From NCBI GenBank assembly GCA_016748015.1, contig JAAOMT010000617.1, positions 314,257-378,256 on the forward strand: a stretch of 64,000 nt of DNA, read 5' to 3'. Below the pieces are notes generated by a model that ran no database searches, was not told the origin of the DNA, and saw only the letters and a list, made by a program, of their open reading frames with translations. Source of the stretch: Geosiphon pyriformis uo1. Taxonomy: Eukaryota; Fungi; Glomeromycota. Both the position numbers and the translations under genes were made by a program. This document shows positions 39,544 to 52,300 of the stretch, one piece after another (the stretch's first letter is position 1; each line of letters starts with the position of its first letter).

Positions 39544-40785
39544 ATGATAATGGACTTGGACAACTACTCTGTCTTAATGAAATTTTTGGGTAAAGAACAA
39601 TATCCACCTGAATACACTTGACAGCAAAGAGAACATTTGTGCAAACAATCAAATTTTTATTTGATCTGTTAGAACCAATTATACAAAAAAAACAGAAAAG
39701 ATCTTGACTGCCCCCAAAGAGTCATCAGATTTGAAAAAAGAAAAATTGTAATATACAACATGTACACTGATCCCTTAGCTGGACACTTTGGAAAAACAAA
39801 AACAATTCAGAAAACTTTAGCTCACTATTATTGGCCTACCTTGGAAAAAGACATTGCTGAATACATCAAAACCCGTGACATCTACCAAAGAAAAGGCAAA
39901 TCCAATCGCAAAAAAAATATCTATCCAATCTCTGTTGGTCAATCATTTGACAGAATTGGTATAGATATTATTGAATCTTTAACAATTACTCCTAATGGCA
40001 ACAAATATATTATCACAGCTACCAACTATCTTACAAAGTGAGTAGAAGCAAGAGCCACCCCAGACCAAACAGCAGTCTCAATAGCTAATTTTATTTATAA
40101 AAATATTATCTGCCATCATGACTGCTCCAAAGAACTTTTATCTAATAGAGAAAAAGCTTTTCTCAGTACACTGGTTGAAAAACTTTGTAGAAAAATGGGA
40201 ATATATCATAAACTTTCCTCCTCTTATTACTCCCAAACAAATGGTCTAGTAGAACATTTCAATAGAACATTATGTGAAACCCTAACCAAAACCAGTAAAG
40301 AAACAAACTTATGGGACAAAGTACTGCTTTTAGCTTTGTTTGCTTATAGAACTGTGAATCATGACATAACAAGTTATGAACCTTTTTATCTGCTCTATGA
40401 ATGCATGGCAACACTACTAATAGAAATTGATATTGAAACAATACTCTTTGAAGAGATCACAATAGGGAATTACAAAGACATTTTGCAAAAAAGACTTAAT
40501 ACTATTCTTGACTCCTTGGTAAAAGCACGAATAATTGCTTTTGAAAAGATAAAACAGTTTCAAGAAAAGCTTAAAAAAAAGAAAACCTATAAAACACTTT
40601 CTTTAAGTGTTGGTGACTTGATATTGGAATATTGTTCAGACAGAGACAATGTCTATGGTGATAAATTTTCTAGCTGATAAAAAGAACTCTTTATAGTCAA
40701 CAAAGTTTTGAACAATGGTTCTTATATTCTTCAAGATCAATCTGAAACAATCTTCAATGATTGTCCTGTTCATTGAAGTCACATA
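39544..40785 (+). pseudogene. Gypsy B integrase (separate ORF, decayed, 3' end replaced by an insertion)
   Basis: ATG 39544/39550 is in frame with GHFG...YYWP, GIDII, TNYLTK, TNGLVEHFNRTL. Confidence 0.9.
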
Positions 40786-41395
40786 AAATTAAACAGTAGT
40801 TACATAACTAAGTGTTTAGCTCTTCTAAATATTATTTTTGTTCTTTTTGTGTAGATGCCAAGTCTTGGTAGTATTTGTGGAATTGCTCTGGGTTACTTAT
40901 AATATTAAAAAATATATTTGAATTTGGGATAAGAATGGTTTTAACTGGTTCTTGTAAGTTATTTTTAATTGTCAATATTTTATTAAACGAAATGTTTTCA
41001 ACTTTAGCACTTATTATTCACCAAATTTTGTTTTTATTGTGTAAGTAACCATTCAAGCATGAGAGTGTTTAGTTCTATGCAGTAATAAAAAAAGTTCCTC
41101 GGCTTATCCAATTGCTAATAAAAATCATGTATTGACATGATGTATTGCACATTTTTCTTTGACCAGAAATGTTATTCTACATTTTTTTATCAAGTAATGT
41201 TATTTCACAAATAAGACATAATTTATTGTTCCACTTTTTTTGTTGTTTTGGGTAGCCAAAACATTTTTAATGACATGGCTTGTAGTAATAGTGATGGTAC
41301 ACAATTCAAAAAATACCATAAATGACCTAATTGGCTGCCTGTTGTGGTAATACCAACTCAAATGATCAACAAAAATCAAGTATAAATAAATGCAC
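40782..41395 (-). mobile_element. Antisense fragment of another Gypsy pol (Cys-rich domain) embedded in element B
   Basis: The minus strand translates YYYKPCH*KCFGYPKQQKKWNNKLCLICE...CNTSCQY...YQDLASTQKEQK*YLEELNT*LCNYCLI, collinear with Gypsy A 10140-10640. Confidence 0.8.
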
Positions 41396-41426
41396 CATTT
41401 CCAAAACAGAGGTATCTTTAATCGAC

Positions 41427-42083
41427 ATGAACAATTATTTTCTGAATCAAAACATTTAAAACACCTTCTATACTCTTCATGAGTATTGGATCAAAAACTA
41501 TTCAAATACTACTCTGACCATTGGAAAACAAACCACCATAACTGATAATAGTGGAACACATATTGTTATTAGACCAAAAAAAACCACTACCAAAAAAGAA
41601 AGAATTGGTAGTAAAATAGATAAATATCTATTGGAAAGTATAACAGCAGTTATACTCCCACCTTGCAACACAATTGGAAAAACACTTCAAGAAATCTTAT
41701 CCATAGACAAAAACTTGTCATATGGAAGGCAATTAGAACTTTATGGTCACCTTGGTGAAATTATAGAGGATATAAAACTCATGAAGAAAACAACTTCAGA
41801 GATACAGACAAAAATTTTGGGCATTATATAGTTAAATGTCTTAAGAGTTTTAACTATTGCTAAAAGAGCCAAAACTCTAATACAAAAATTTGGTCTCCTG
41901 AATACAAAACTCATTTCACTTCAAGTGTTATATATCTTATTAACAAAAGACTTCAACAAACTAGTTAGCTTTGAGTTAGATAAAACTCTTTCAATAGATT
42001 ACATCATAAATAGCTTAATTTTATCAGAGCTCAATTTCTTTGGAGAGAATGATGTTATAGTTGAAACTTATACTTCTTATTAA
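41427..42083 (+). pseudogene. Gypsy B ORF3, unknown ~218-aa protein overlapping PPT and U3
   Basis: One frame from ATG 41427 to TAA 42081-42083 with two Gln-derived stops (41457, 41829); includes track ORF 41631-41831. Confidence 0.75.
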
Positions 42084-42781
42084 TTATCACATGTATTAGC
42101 CACTCTATTTTTAGTAAGTAATCATTGACTTGATCAATGACCTAACTGTTGACCTGATCATTGACTTGATCATTGATCTGATTAATGACTTAATCATTGA
42201 TCTGATTATTAACCTGATTATTGACTTAGTTATTAACTTGATCATTGACCATTTTTGATAGCTATATAAGTGATGAATCTCTTAATTGTAGAAAAACATG
42301 AAGAAATCAAGAAAATCAAATAAATAAAATAACAACTTTCATCTCAATCTTTCTCTTATCGCTAATTTCTCTTTCCATACTTTCAAGTATCTGAACATCT
42401 TAAAGATAAAAAATTACTTGTTAGTTATTCTTTACACTTTTCCTGAAACGTGTAATTACAACATTTGGAGATTATTGAATAAAATATAACTAAAGAGCAC
42501 ATCTAATACTTGATATTGAATTCTAAGAGTACTGACATAAAGCATAGAATTATACCAAATATGATCATTTGTTAACAGTACAGACTATCCCTCTACCTTC
42601 AGATTCCCCAGTTATTTTTGAAAAGTATAGCAACTGAGATATTTTATGAGACTGATCTCACACATTGAATCCATACTTATTCAATTCGCTCTTTGAAGTT
42701 GAATTCTTTTTAATTATTCCTATCACCCTATAATCCTGTTTTCTCTTGCTATCCGTTAACTTGTTACTCCAATCCATAACA
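42053..42781 (+). repeat. 3' LTR of Gypsy B with a 12-bp tandem array (TTGACCTGATCA-like) at ~42124-42250
   Basis: Direct repeat of 34544-35198, 74 bp longer mainly through array copy number. Confidence 0.95.
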
Positions 42782-44635
42782 ATACTATTTTAAATTTTAA
42801 TAATATATTCTAAAAACTTTTGAAAATTAAACAGATATTTTAACAAATTAAAAATTATTTTGTTAAATTATTAAATATTTTATTAAGTTTTAATATTATA
42901 TTTACTTATAATTATGTATTATACAAATTAATTATTAATTAATAAAAAATACACATTAAAAATTAAAAATTAATTTATTAAAGTTAAAAACACTATTAAA
43001 AAAATAATTAAACACCAGAATAAATCTGCCAAAAAAAGCAAAAATATTAAACATAAAATTATTAAAAGCAATATTTTTACTAAATTTCTGTTTTTTATAC
43101 AAAAACTTTATTATAAAATCTTTAAATATACAAAATTTTTAAATATATTATGTATATATAATAATATTAAATAACAAAAACTTATTCAAAAAAATATTTG
43201 TAGCAACAATTAAAACAAAAAAATTTTAACACTATTTTTTACTATTAAAACCAATTAACAAACAAAACAAATTTAGCAGTATTAAAAAACTTAAAATACA
43301 CAATAGCATATTATTACAAACTAGCAAGTTTCAGCTTAATATTTACAATTCTACTAAAAACACTTAAAACTTTTTAATTTTATCAAAAAAACATTTAAGA
43401 AAATATTACACAAAATTATAAGAGTAAAAAAAAAATAAAACCAAATCATAAAAATTTTTACAATTTTGAAAGTAGTAAAAAAGAAAAAGTAACAATCATA
43501 ATTTAAACAAAAAAACTTGAAATGTAAATTTTATACAAAAGCTTAATATTGTTTTTAATAACCAATTTTAAATTAAAAAAAATATGTAAAAATTAAAATA
43601 CAGTTTTAACATAAGTCAATTTAATTTTAATAATTTTATCAAACATTAGAGTAAAGATTATTTACTCAAAAAATCTTTAAAAACTATTAAATATTTTTTA
43701 AATATTACTAAACCAGCAGTATTTTTAAAAGACAGAAAAGAAAAAAGTGTTTTGGTTTTATTTAATCAGCCCAATTTTAATAAATTAATTAGATAAAGTT
43801 ATATATAAAGACATAACTTGTTTTGTTTTTAAAATTGGTAATAATTAGTTGAATATATAATAAATTAAGCAATATAACTATATGTTAATCAAGACCAGTT
43901 TTGGCAGGTGTATTACTGCTATTATTATTTAAATAAAATAGAGATTATTGTTTAAAGTATAAAAATATTGCAATTTACCAATTTTTTTTTTTTTATACAA
44001 TTTGTATTAAACAAATAAAACACACTATATATAAAAATTATATTATATTAAAAAACAAATGTTTATAAATTTAAATAATTGAAAATCAAGTAAAAAATAC
44101 CAATTTAAAAAATCTATATAAACTTAATATCTTAGACTTGAATAAGATTAAAAGATAAAAAAGCAAAAATTCTTTTTAACATTGAATTTTGATATTTTGA
44201 TATTTTATACTTATTTTTACAAATGATTTTGTTCTTTTTTTTGGGTGTATACTTAATTCACTTAAATGTGATTAAAATATATACACTTTTTTTGGATCAA
44301 ATGTTGGCTTGAATCAAACAAGAAATTTTCCGGTGTGTATTCTCGGAAAAAACCAAAATAATATCGAATGTTAACGTAGATATATCAATGAATAATAATG
44401 TACACTGTATTGTGCATGGGATAGCGAAAATTCTCATATTGATTTGGAAAGTTTTGCTACTCAAAATTCTGTTTCCTTTGATAACTAAGCTAATGCAACT
44501 ATAATGGTTAGATGAATGTGTCAACAAACAAAAATGCTAAAAATTAAATTATGACGTGAAATTATATACGGTGAAATTTGATATTAAAAAATTTGGTAAT
44601 GTTCTGGATGGAATATTAGATTAAGATTTATTCAT

Positions 44636-46398
44636 TTAATATTTTGCCTGCTTCTGTTGTCCAGCTGGTTCCTCGAAGTAACTGTCCCATGACCTTATCG
44701 GATTCCAACTATGTTCCCCGAATGACATACGCGGATTGAACTCAATCCTTGGTAACCGACTTTTGACGTGATGTGAGTTTTGAGTCAGGGTCGATTGCGA
44801 CCATCGTGTAAAGACTTTATTTGATTCTTTGTACAGAAGCCTCTCATTCATTAAGTATGCTAGGGCGTTACCTATTCCCCCAAAGTTTATGCCTAGAGAT
44901 TGGGCAAAAGGGAAAAAAGAAAGAGATTAGCTAAATATTGTAGTTCATGAGAAAATAAAAGATGAGTAAAATTAATATAATATTACCGCCTATAATAAAT
45001 ACATAAGTCCATGTCCCGATTATCTAACAGAAACATAATAGTTTTATTTAATAAAAACAAAGTTTAATAGTTTCGAAAATTCAATTTAGAATTTCCTATG
45101 TACCTTTAAAAGGCCGGCTACCACATAGGTAAATACAGGTATCTAGGGAAATATATGGTAAATTATTGTTCAAATTCTTGCGGATATACAATCTTTGTCG
45201 GCACTTACCCATTGAAGCAAAAATACGAATACATAACTAAGAATTTTTCTGGTCACTCGATCGTCATATGTTTTGCCATGTACTGATACACTAGCCTCTT
45301 TCAATTCTGCTCGATTTTTTGCCAGTATAACAAGAATGTACAGGAAGCAGAATAAAGTGGTACCAAAGTTTGTTCCCATTAAGAAAAGTGACGTTATCGC
45401 TGAAAGGAGGGTTGTGTTTATTGTTGAGCACCTTTTATAAAAAAGTGTTGATGAGGATTTTCGAATCAAATCAAGAGAACATTGCAAAAATAGTGGGGTT
45501 TTTTTATTTACCAGTAATTATTGAGCCTGCCGTATCCACCATCAATTTTCGTCATTAAAGTGATCAAGTCTAAAACTATAATAATCGCAAACATTTTCCA
45601 ATCATATCTCCCAAATTCAAACTCTTTTTCACGAGCAACTGTTTAAAAATTTAAATAAGAATTAATTTACTGATTTTCATATTCGAAAATCGGAAAAAAG
45701 AAATGTTTCCTTACCTTTAAGGTAAGTTGTCACAGCAATAATGCCATAAAGGTAGAAATTGGCATTCATTGTTATTTGAAGTGCTCCGGCTAAATATGAA
45801 CAGGCTGGGTCTGGCCAAGGGTGCTCGTGAATATTAGTGTATACCTAAATTTTAAAGTTGATTATTAATTATTTTAGATATTTTACAAAATTGAAGATTG
45901 ATTTCATACCAAATTGAAAAGCAGTAATACAATCATCGAAGCATCTAGAATGACAATGTTAATTGAATTCAAGTATTTTTCACATAATATTAACATAATT
46001 GAAATCAAAATCAACTCCTTTGATTTCTATCTACCTGTACAAGCGGTATAAAATGGTAAGCGATAACACATTGGCAAAGTGTGTAATCCTCGCGCTCGCC
46101 ATTTCTTTATAGTTTGAAACAAAACAAAACTACATCCGATTGCATTCAAAAAGATGAATACAAATGCTGTCCAAAACACGATATAGCCTTCTCTTGTTCT
46201 TTTTCGAGGGATTGAGACTGTTACTTCAGCCTCTGTAGCATTACTATCTATAGTTAAATTTTCTCCACTTGTATAATTGTTTTTTAATATCACAGCTTCA
46301 TCTTCTGAATCAAAGATAGTGTTTTGCGGCATTGCAGAAATAACAAACACGAGGGATAATATTAATAAGAGGAAACCAGTAAATGATCTCATGCTCAT
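44636..46398 (-). CDS. Intact 8-exon 7TM GPCR-like protein (Git3/cAMP-receptor-like fold), 403 aa, with signal peptide
   Basis: Exons 46398-46035, 45944-45910, 45844-45715, 45638-45512, 45431-45209, 45142-45104, 45023-44987, 44892-44636. All introns are GT-AG and the exons total 1212 nt in frame. Signal peptide, three N-glycosylation sequons, seven hydrophobic segments, extracellular Cys pair (PAC / YWC), motifs RLPFY, GRYDWK, NFGGIGNALAY. Confidence 0.88.
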
Positions 46399-49300
46399 GA
46401 TGAAAATTAGGTATCTTTTTTTTGGGGGGATAAAATGTAAAACAAATTTTTGCAGCAGCAAACAGCAGCAGAATTAAAGTATTATTGTCATTCACTTCAC
46501 TTTTATAAAAAGAATCAACTATTTGTTAAAGAAGCAATGGGAAGGAGGGGAAGAAAAAAAAGAGAAGCTCAAGAAGATTGAAATGGTGGTAAAAAAGATC
46601 CTTTATTTATTTTCCTTGAAAAGTTAATTTATCAACATTTCTAGGATTTTTGAGTGATTTAGTGTTCAATTACAGATAGAAGATCTCTATGAGAGTGTGG
46701 AGATGTGAATATGTGAATATATTGCGGGACAAAAAATTATTTAATCCATCCTTGTCATTTTTTCACCAATTCTCTCTCGCTAACTAGCTTGACTAAATAT
46801 CGAGATAAAGGCAATTTAAATGATTTTGCTTATCAGTTGCCTCTTATCTCGTTATTATTCACTCGGAGATTCCAAATTTTCTATAGATTTTAAAGGTAAA
46901 AATGATGTGTGTTCCCTGACTTGCCAAACAAATCCAGTACAAAGCCTGGTATTTCACCTGTAAAATTACTTTATGATCGTTCACATACATAAGAGATAGA
47001 GATAAAATAGAGAAATCTTCATAATCCAAATCCAGAAAACTTGCTAGTATTGTTTTTATTTGATACCAAGGTTATTTACATCGGAAAATTGAATTTTTAA
47101 AATTTAAACATTACTTTTTCAAATTTAATATTATTGGCTCACGGATCGTCAAATATATCATTCCCGACATCCGAATTGTAAGTTCAACAAAGACGATTAT
47201 GAAAAATGTAGATTGATTATCAATTATAATTTGATTTGATTTGTTGTCTATTTATGATAAAGAAAGGTTCGAAATGTAGCAAGATAAATTTTCCTTTAAA
47301 TTTGCATGCGTTAAAAAATGCCATTAAAACCATTCTTTAAAAACCTCGTTTTTATATTTTAAAAGAAGATAAAGAATTCTGTATTCTCACGCGCTTGAAT
47401 TACTGATTGTTTATATTTGATAATGCGCTCATTTTTTTTATTCATCACAAAGAATATATAGAAAAGGAAACGAGTTTGTCTCATGTAGCAGACATTCAAA
47501 AGGACTAGAAATTAAATTTAGCAAATATTTTGGATAATTTGAAATAATAATTAAAAATTTTTCTATTAAAGGATAAAGTTGAAAAGTTTTCTGACTTCAT
47601 TTGTGTAAAAATTCTGGAACAAGATGTGGGGATTGGTTAAAGGTTTTAATGAGTCCAAATAAACTAAAAATTAAAAAATTGTCCAAAAGTCAAAAGAAAA
47701 TAGTGTAGGCTTTTATTTTTATTACCTTGTATTTGGGATCGGAAATTTTGGGTGATACATTGTGTGTTAAAAAACTGAAAATTTCAGAGGAATTAAAAAT
47801 ATTTTATCAAAAAGGCACGTCAATATTCATGTTCATTATAAAATTTTTTTTTTTGAAGAGAAAACTGGATTATTTTCTTTTAAATACATGTATATATTTT
47901 GTTTAATATTATAAAAAATCGATCATTAAAATGTTTAATTTCTTAAAGCTTTCGTGAACTTTTGATATATATATACGAAGCTTGCTTAGCAACAAGAAAC
48001 ACTTGACCAAAAAAGGTAAAACCTTCATATTTTTTGGTTAGATTTTTCCAAAAAGTACATATGATGTCCTATTCAGGAATTTAGAACTTAAGAAGGTTTA
48101 AAAAAACCTTATTCCAAAATCATTATCTCGGATTTCTTTCAGAGGCAGTTTATCGAATCTCCGGTGTTGAATTTTAATTATTCTGTTACACAAAAATAAT
48201 GCAGCACAGAAACCGCAAAAAATATCAAAAAACACGGAAAGAAACTTATATATCTTTAATCTGTTTGTAATACAAAAATTGTATTGTCACAAATGACAAT
48301 TATCTCTGATAATTAGCTTCATGTTTTAGCAACCTTCATCCCTGACAATTAGCAAAAAAGAATTTGGAAATTTAATCAGGGTTATATAGTCTCAAATATT
48401 ATAAAATAAAAATAGAGTTAAATCAAAACTATTCTTTCAGATAATATTTGACACATTTTTAAAAGTAAAATTCTTTTATTTAAAAAAAAAAAACATCAAG
48501 TTTTTAATAAAATCCTAAAGCTTGTTTGGGCAGCAAGAATTAGAGATAATTTTTTTCATGAAAATTTTTTACATATGAATCCATTTCATAAGTGTAACCA
48601 AAAAACATTTTTTTATTAGTTAAAAAATTTGAATTAGCTCAAGGCTAAAATGAAAAAATTAATCAGTAAAAATAATTATAATCTTGAAAATTGAGTTTGA
48701 ATTCATGATATCTTCTATTAGCTTTGACTTAATGAGAACAATTATTTAACAGAGTGTTATTTCTTTAATTTTAGTCTACATTCTCCAAAGAACCTTTTTG
48801 TGAGGTAAATAAGCGTCTTATATACCTCCTGGTGCAATCTTTTACTTGTTTATCTTGATAAGCGAAGCGAAAGAACCTTAATGCTTCATGAACATCTTTA
48901 AGAGTACCATGACCGTTTAAACTAGCCTTTGCAAGCTAATAATGGCCAACTGAGTTTCCAAAAATTGTTGAACTATGAAAAGAAGTCAAAAGATTTTAAT
49001 TAATATTATGATTTCTCATTGAGGATTGACATACAGAACAATGAAACAAAATACTACACAATTTAAAATCAAATTTCAGTTAAATAATTTGAAAAAACAT
49101 GTATATATGCCTCTTGAACCAAATAAACGCATCTCGAAAATGATTCCTTTGCCCACGTAATCCCAATATATGATATTGAATACCGACCGCGAGTTGTGCC
49201 GATGAATAATTATATTTAGAGTCTTGTTTTATTTTCGGGAAATAGGAAAATTCTTTATTCATTGATTTAAAATAGGAGTTTTTTCAATATAAAAAGATTT

Positions 49301-52300
49301 TGGTAAAGCAAGGGTAAATGTTTTATAATGAATTCGCAGCTTTACTTAGCCCTTTTTAAATTCACAATAAGATTGAGAAGTTCGAAACTGGCTGACAACT
49401 GGTAATATTTTATAGTTATTGAATTTAGTAATAAAAGTTTTACAATTTATTTCACCGCTTTTTTGGTTAAGTGTCATCTGGTATACAATTATTGCACACC
49501 TGGTATAAATTTTTATGCAAGAAAGGATCTCTCATTTAATTTTCTTACCAAGAGAATAATTATTGAATATAAGTTATACTAAAAAATTATGAGAAACTTC
49601 TTTGAATAAATTTTCTGTAGAATCCGTATATATATTTTCACTTGCTGATAAAATGTTTTAAAAGAATATAATAAAATATCCAATATCTATTCGTTTCTAA
49701 AAATAGTTAAAACTCCAATGTTTTTGTTGACCTCCAGTGTTTGAAATTTATAAATAAAATTTTTTATAAGATTTCTGAACACTTTATTCAGAATAACACT
49801 TTTAGTTTCCTTTTAAACTGTCATTTTTCTTATCTAAGAATAACCTTGAATTTATTTTGTCAACCAGGTATAGACGCTTTATTCAAGTAAAGAGAAAGGG
49901 TTTTTTAATCATCATAAAAGGGGTTCTGATTCTAAATTAATTTTATTGAGCGAAAATGAAAATTCTTAACCATTTACGAAACTCTTACTTTAGATTTGTA
50001 TTCAATACAGGTATAGGGAAAGAGAAATAGTGAATCCAGTGCTTTTTGTTATTAATTGCTCGTTTGCTAGTGGGAATTTTCTTTTCATCATCCCCTAGTT
50101 TTCGATGTTTGTCACTTGGGTCAAAAATGATTGGAATGTTTTCTAAAACCAGTCTTCTAAATTTAACCATTTCAACAAATTTACAAATATCAATAGAAAG
50201 TATATTAATTTTTTTTAAATTCAAACTACCCAAATTTTGAGTAAAAAATGAGATTTCATTCTTTAATCTACAAAATTTTTTAGAATGGTTTCATTTGCAT
50301 CTCAACGTTTTTATTATATCTTTATCGCTATAATTTTAACGCTGATAATTCAAAATTTAACACGATTCTTTTGTTATTCATGTAAAAACCTTCGAGATAA
50401 TTAGGGAGTTTGTTTAGACGCCAATAATAGTATGAAACTAAAATGCACACACAAATATGCTTTTTTATCCTTTTTTAAGAACTTAAAATGGTATTAATTT
50501 GGCGCCCGATAATTGTTTTTGTTTGTTCCTTAAAGCACATGTGACAATTTAAACCTTGAAAAAGAAATCAAATAGTTGCCATCTATTTTACAACTTATAA
50601 AAGTGAACAACTTTGAGCTTTTATGTTTGCTGTTTTAATTTTTGTAACTCTATATCTTGTTTACTAAAGCCATTTCATAGGTTAAATAAGTGCATTAACT
50701 TACAGTACACCACAAAAGTATCCAATTTCCAATAACTCTTTTTAATTGTACAACTTGCAAAAAAAGAAATAATCTACCACCACTAATTTACAATGTAGAA
50801 TAAAAAAACAAAAGACTAACATTAATGTACACATTATTCAATCATGTTTACATAAGTTTAAGAATATAATCTTTATTTATTAACAAATACAGAAAAAATG
50901 TAACCTAAATTGAGTTATATTTTTCAAATAAAAACACATAACATCTAAATCAGTCAACTTTAAAATTTTGGCAGTTTTTTAAATGAAAAAAAAATATTTC
51001 GGTCTATAAAGCATTTATTAAAAGTTAACATATAGTAATATTTTTATAAGTGTACACTTTTAGAACCAAATATATTTATGTACTTAGAAAAAGTATATAT
51101 TTAAAAAATAATCTATAATAACATTTTTTTTAATATTAAATACAGTATAATTTTATTATTATTTACATATATAATTCATATATTTTAGGGAACGAACATA
51201 TATTACGTCATTATGAAAGAGGAAAAGAGGGAAAATTCAAAATCTCATGTCTTACATGATTTTATATAACATGTGATTTTGGATTTTTATTACCCAGTTA
51301 AAATATAGAATGTCAAAATTTTACAACTTTAAATAGTACATGATTATTAGCCAATTAGAATATAGAAATGTAGTTTAATTTATATATTAGTCTATGATTT
51401 TTTTCTTTATTTTCTAATTATGAAACTTCTTAAGACTTCAGATCATAAAAAATTTAGTTGTCTTCTTATTTTCATTCTGAAAATACTTCATAACTTTGTA
51501 AGGCTAGCACTTGTTTAGAATTAACAAAAAAATTATCAATTAAATTAATAAGTCATTTTTGTTTAACTGATTATTTTTGTTATTTTAAATATTGGTTTTT
51601 TTTGTGTAATATAATCAATAAAAGTATCAGAAAATATGCATTGCAAATAAAACAACAAAAACAAATATAATTGCTTATAGTTGAAAAACAATAAACATTA
51701 TATTCAGATATTTTAATCTTGTTACAATACTTTAATACATAAAATAAATTTAAGTAATGACTATATTTTGATATGATTTTCTAGTCATTGCCAAAATACA
51801 AATTTATTAATATAATATTGACAAAAAAAGAGTTTTTTTACCAGTATATTATATTATAAATGTTTTCTTAAAAATAAAATTTCATTTTTAAAAAGTACAC
51901 AAAATTTCTTTAATATAATAAAAGTTTTTTATTACAAGCTTTAAATTAATTACCTAGTCTTAAAAATTAAGATAAAAATCATATTTATTAATTAGTAATG
52001 TTATTTCAACAAGTTTTTGAGAAAGTATTGTTATATTACATTTAATTAAATTATATATTAATTAATTATAAATATTTATTCTAATTAAAAAATAATTAAG
52101 ATTAAATACACAAAACATTTAACAATATTCAAAAATATTTTTTATATAACAAAAATTTTTATCTGGGTTTTTATTAACTAAAAAAATTTAGATAGATTAG
52201 ATTTAATTATTAATTTTATATATTTTATTAAAGTAAGTATTTTATGTTAATAAATTTAAATTATTTATATAAATAGTAAAGTTTATTTTAACTTTATATT

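Larger units (their letters stand above)
34544..42781 (+). mobile_element. Full-length decayed Ty3/Gypsy LTR retrotransposon B
   Basis: LTRs 34544-35198 and 42053-42781 (TGTTA...TAACA), TSD ATAC (34540-34543, 42782-42785), PBS TGGTGCTCCC at 35205, PPT-like GGAGAGAATGA 42042-42052. Confidence 0.97.

Noticed and set aside
42124-42250. Tandem arrays in LTRs as CRISPR
   Set aside because: No unique spacers or cas genes; eukaryotic LTR context.
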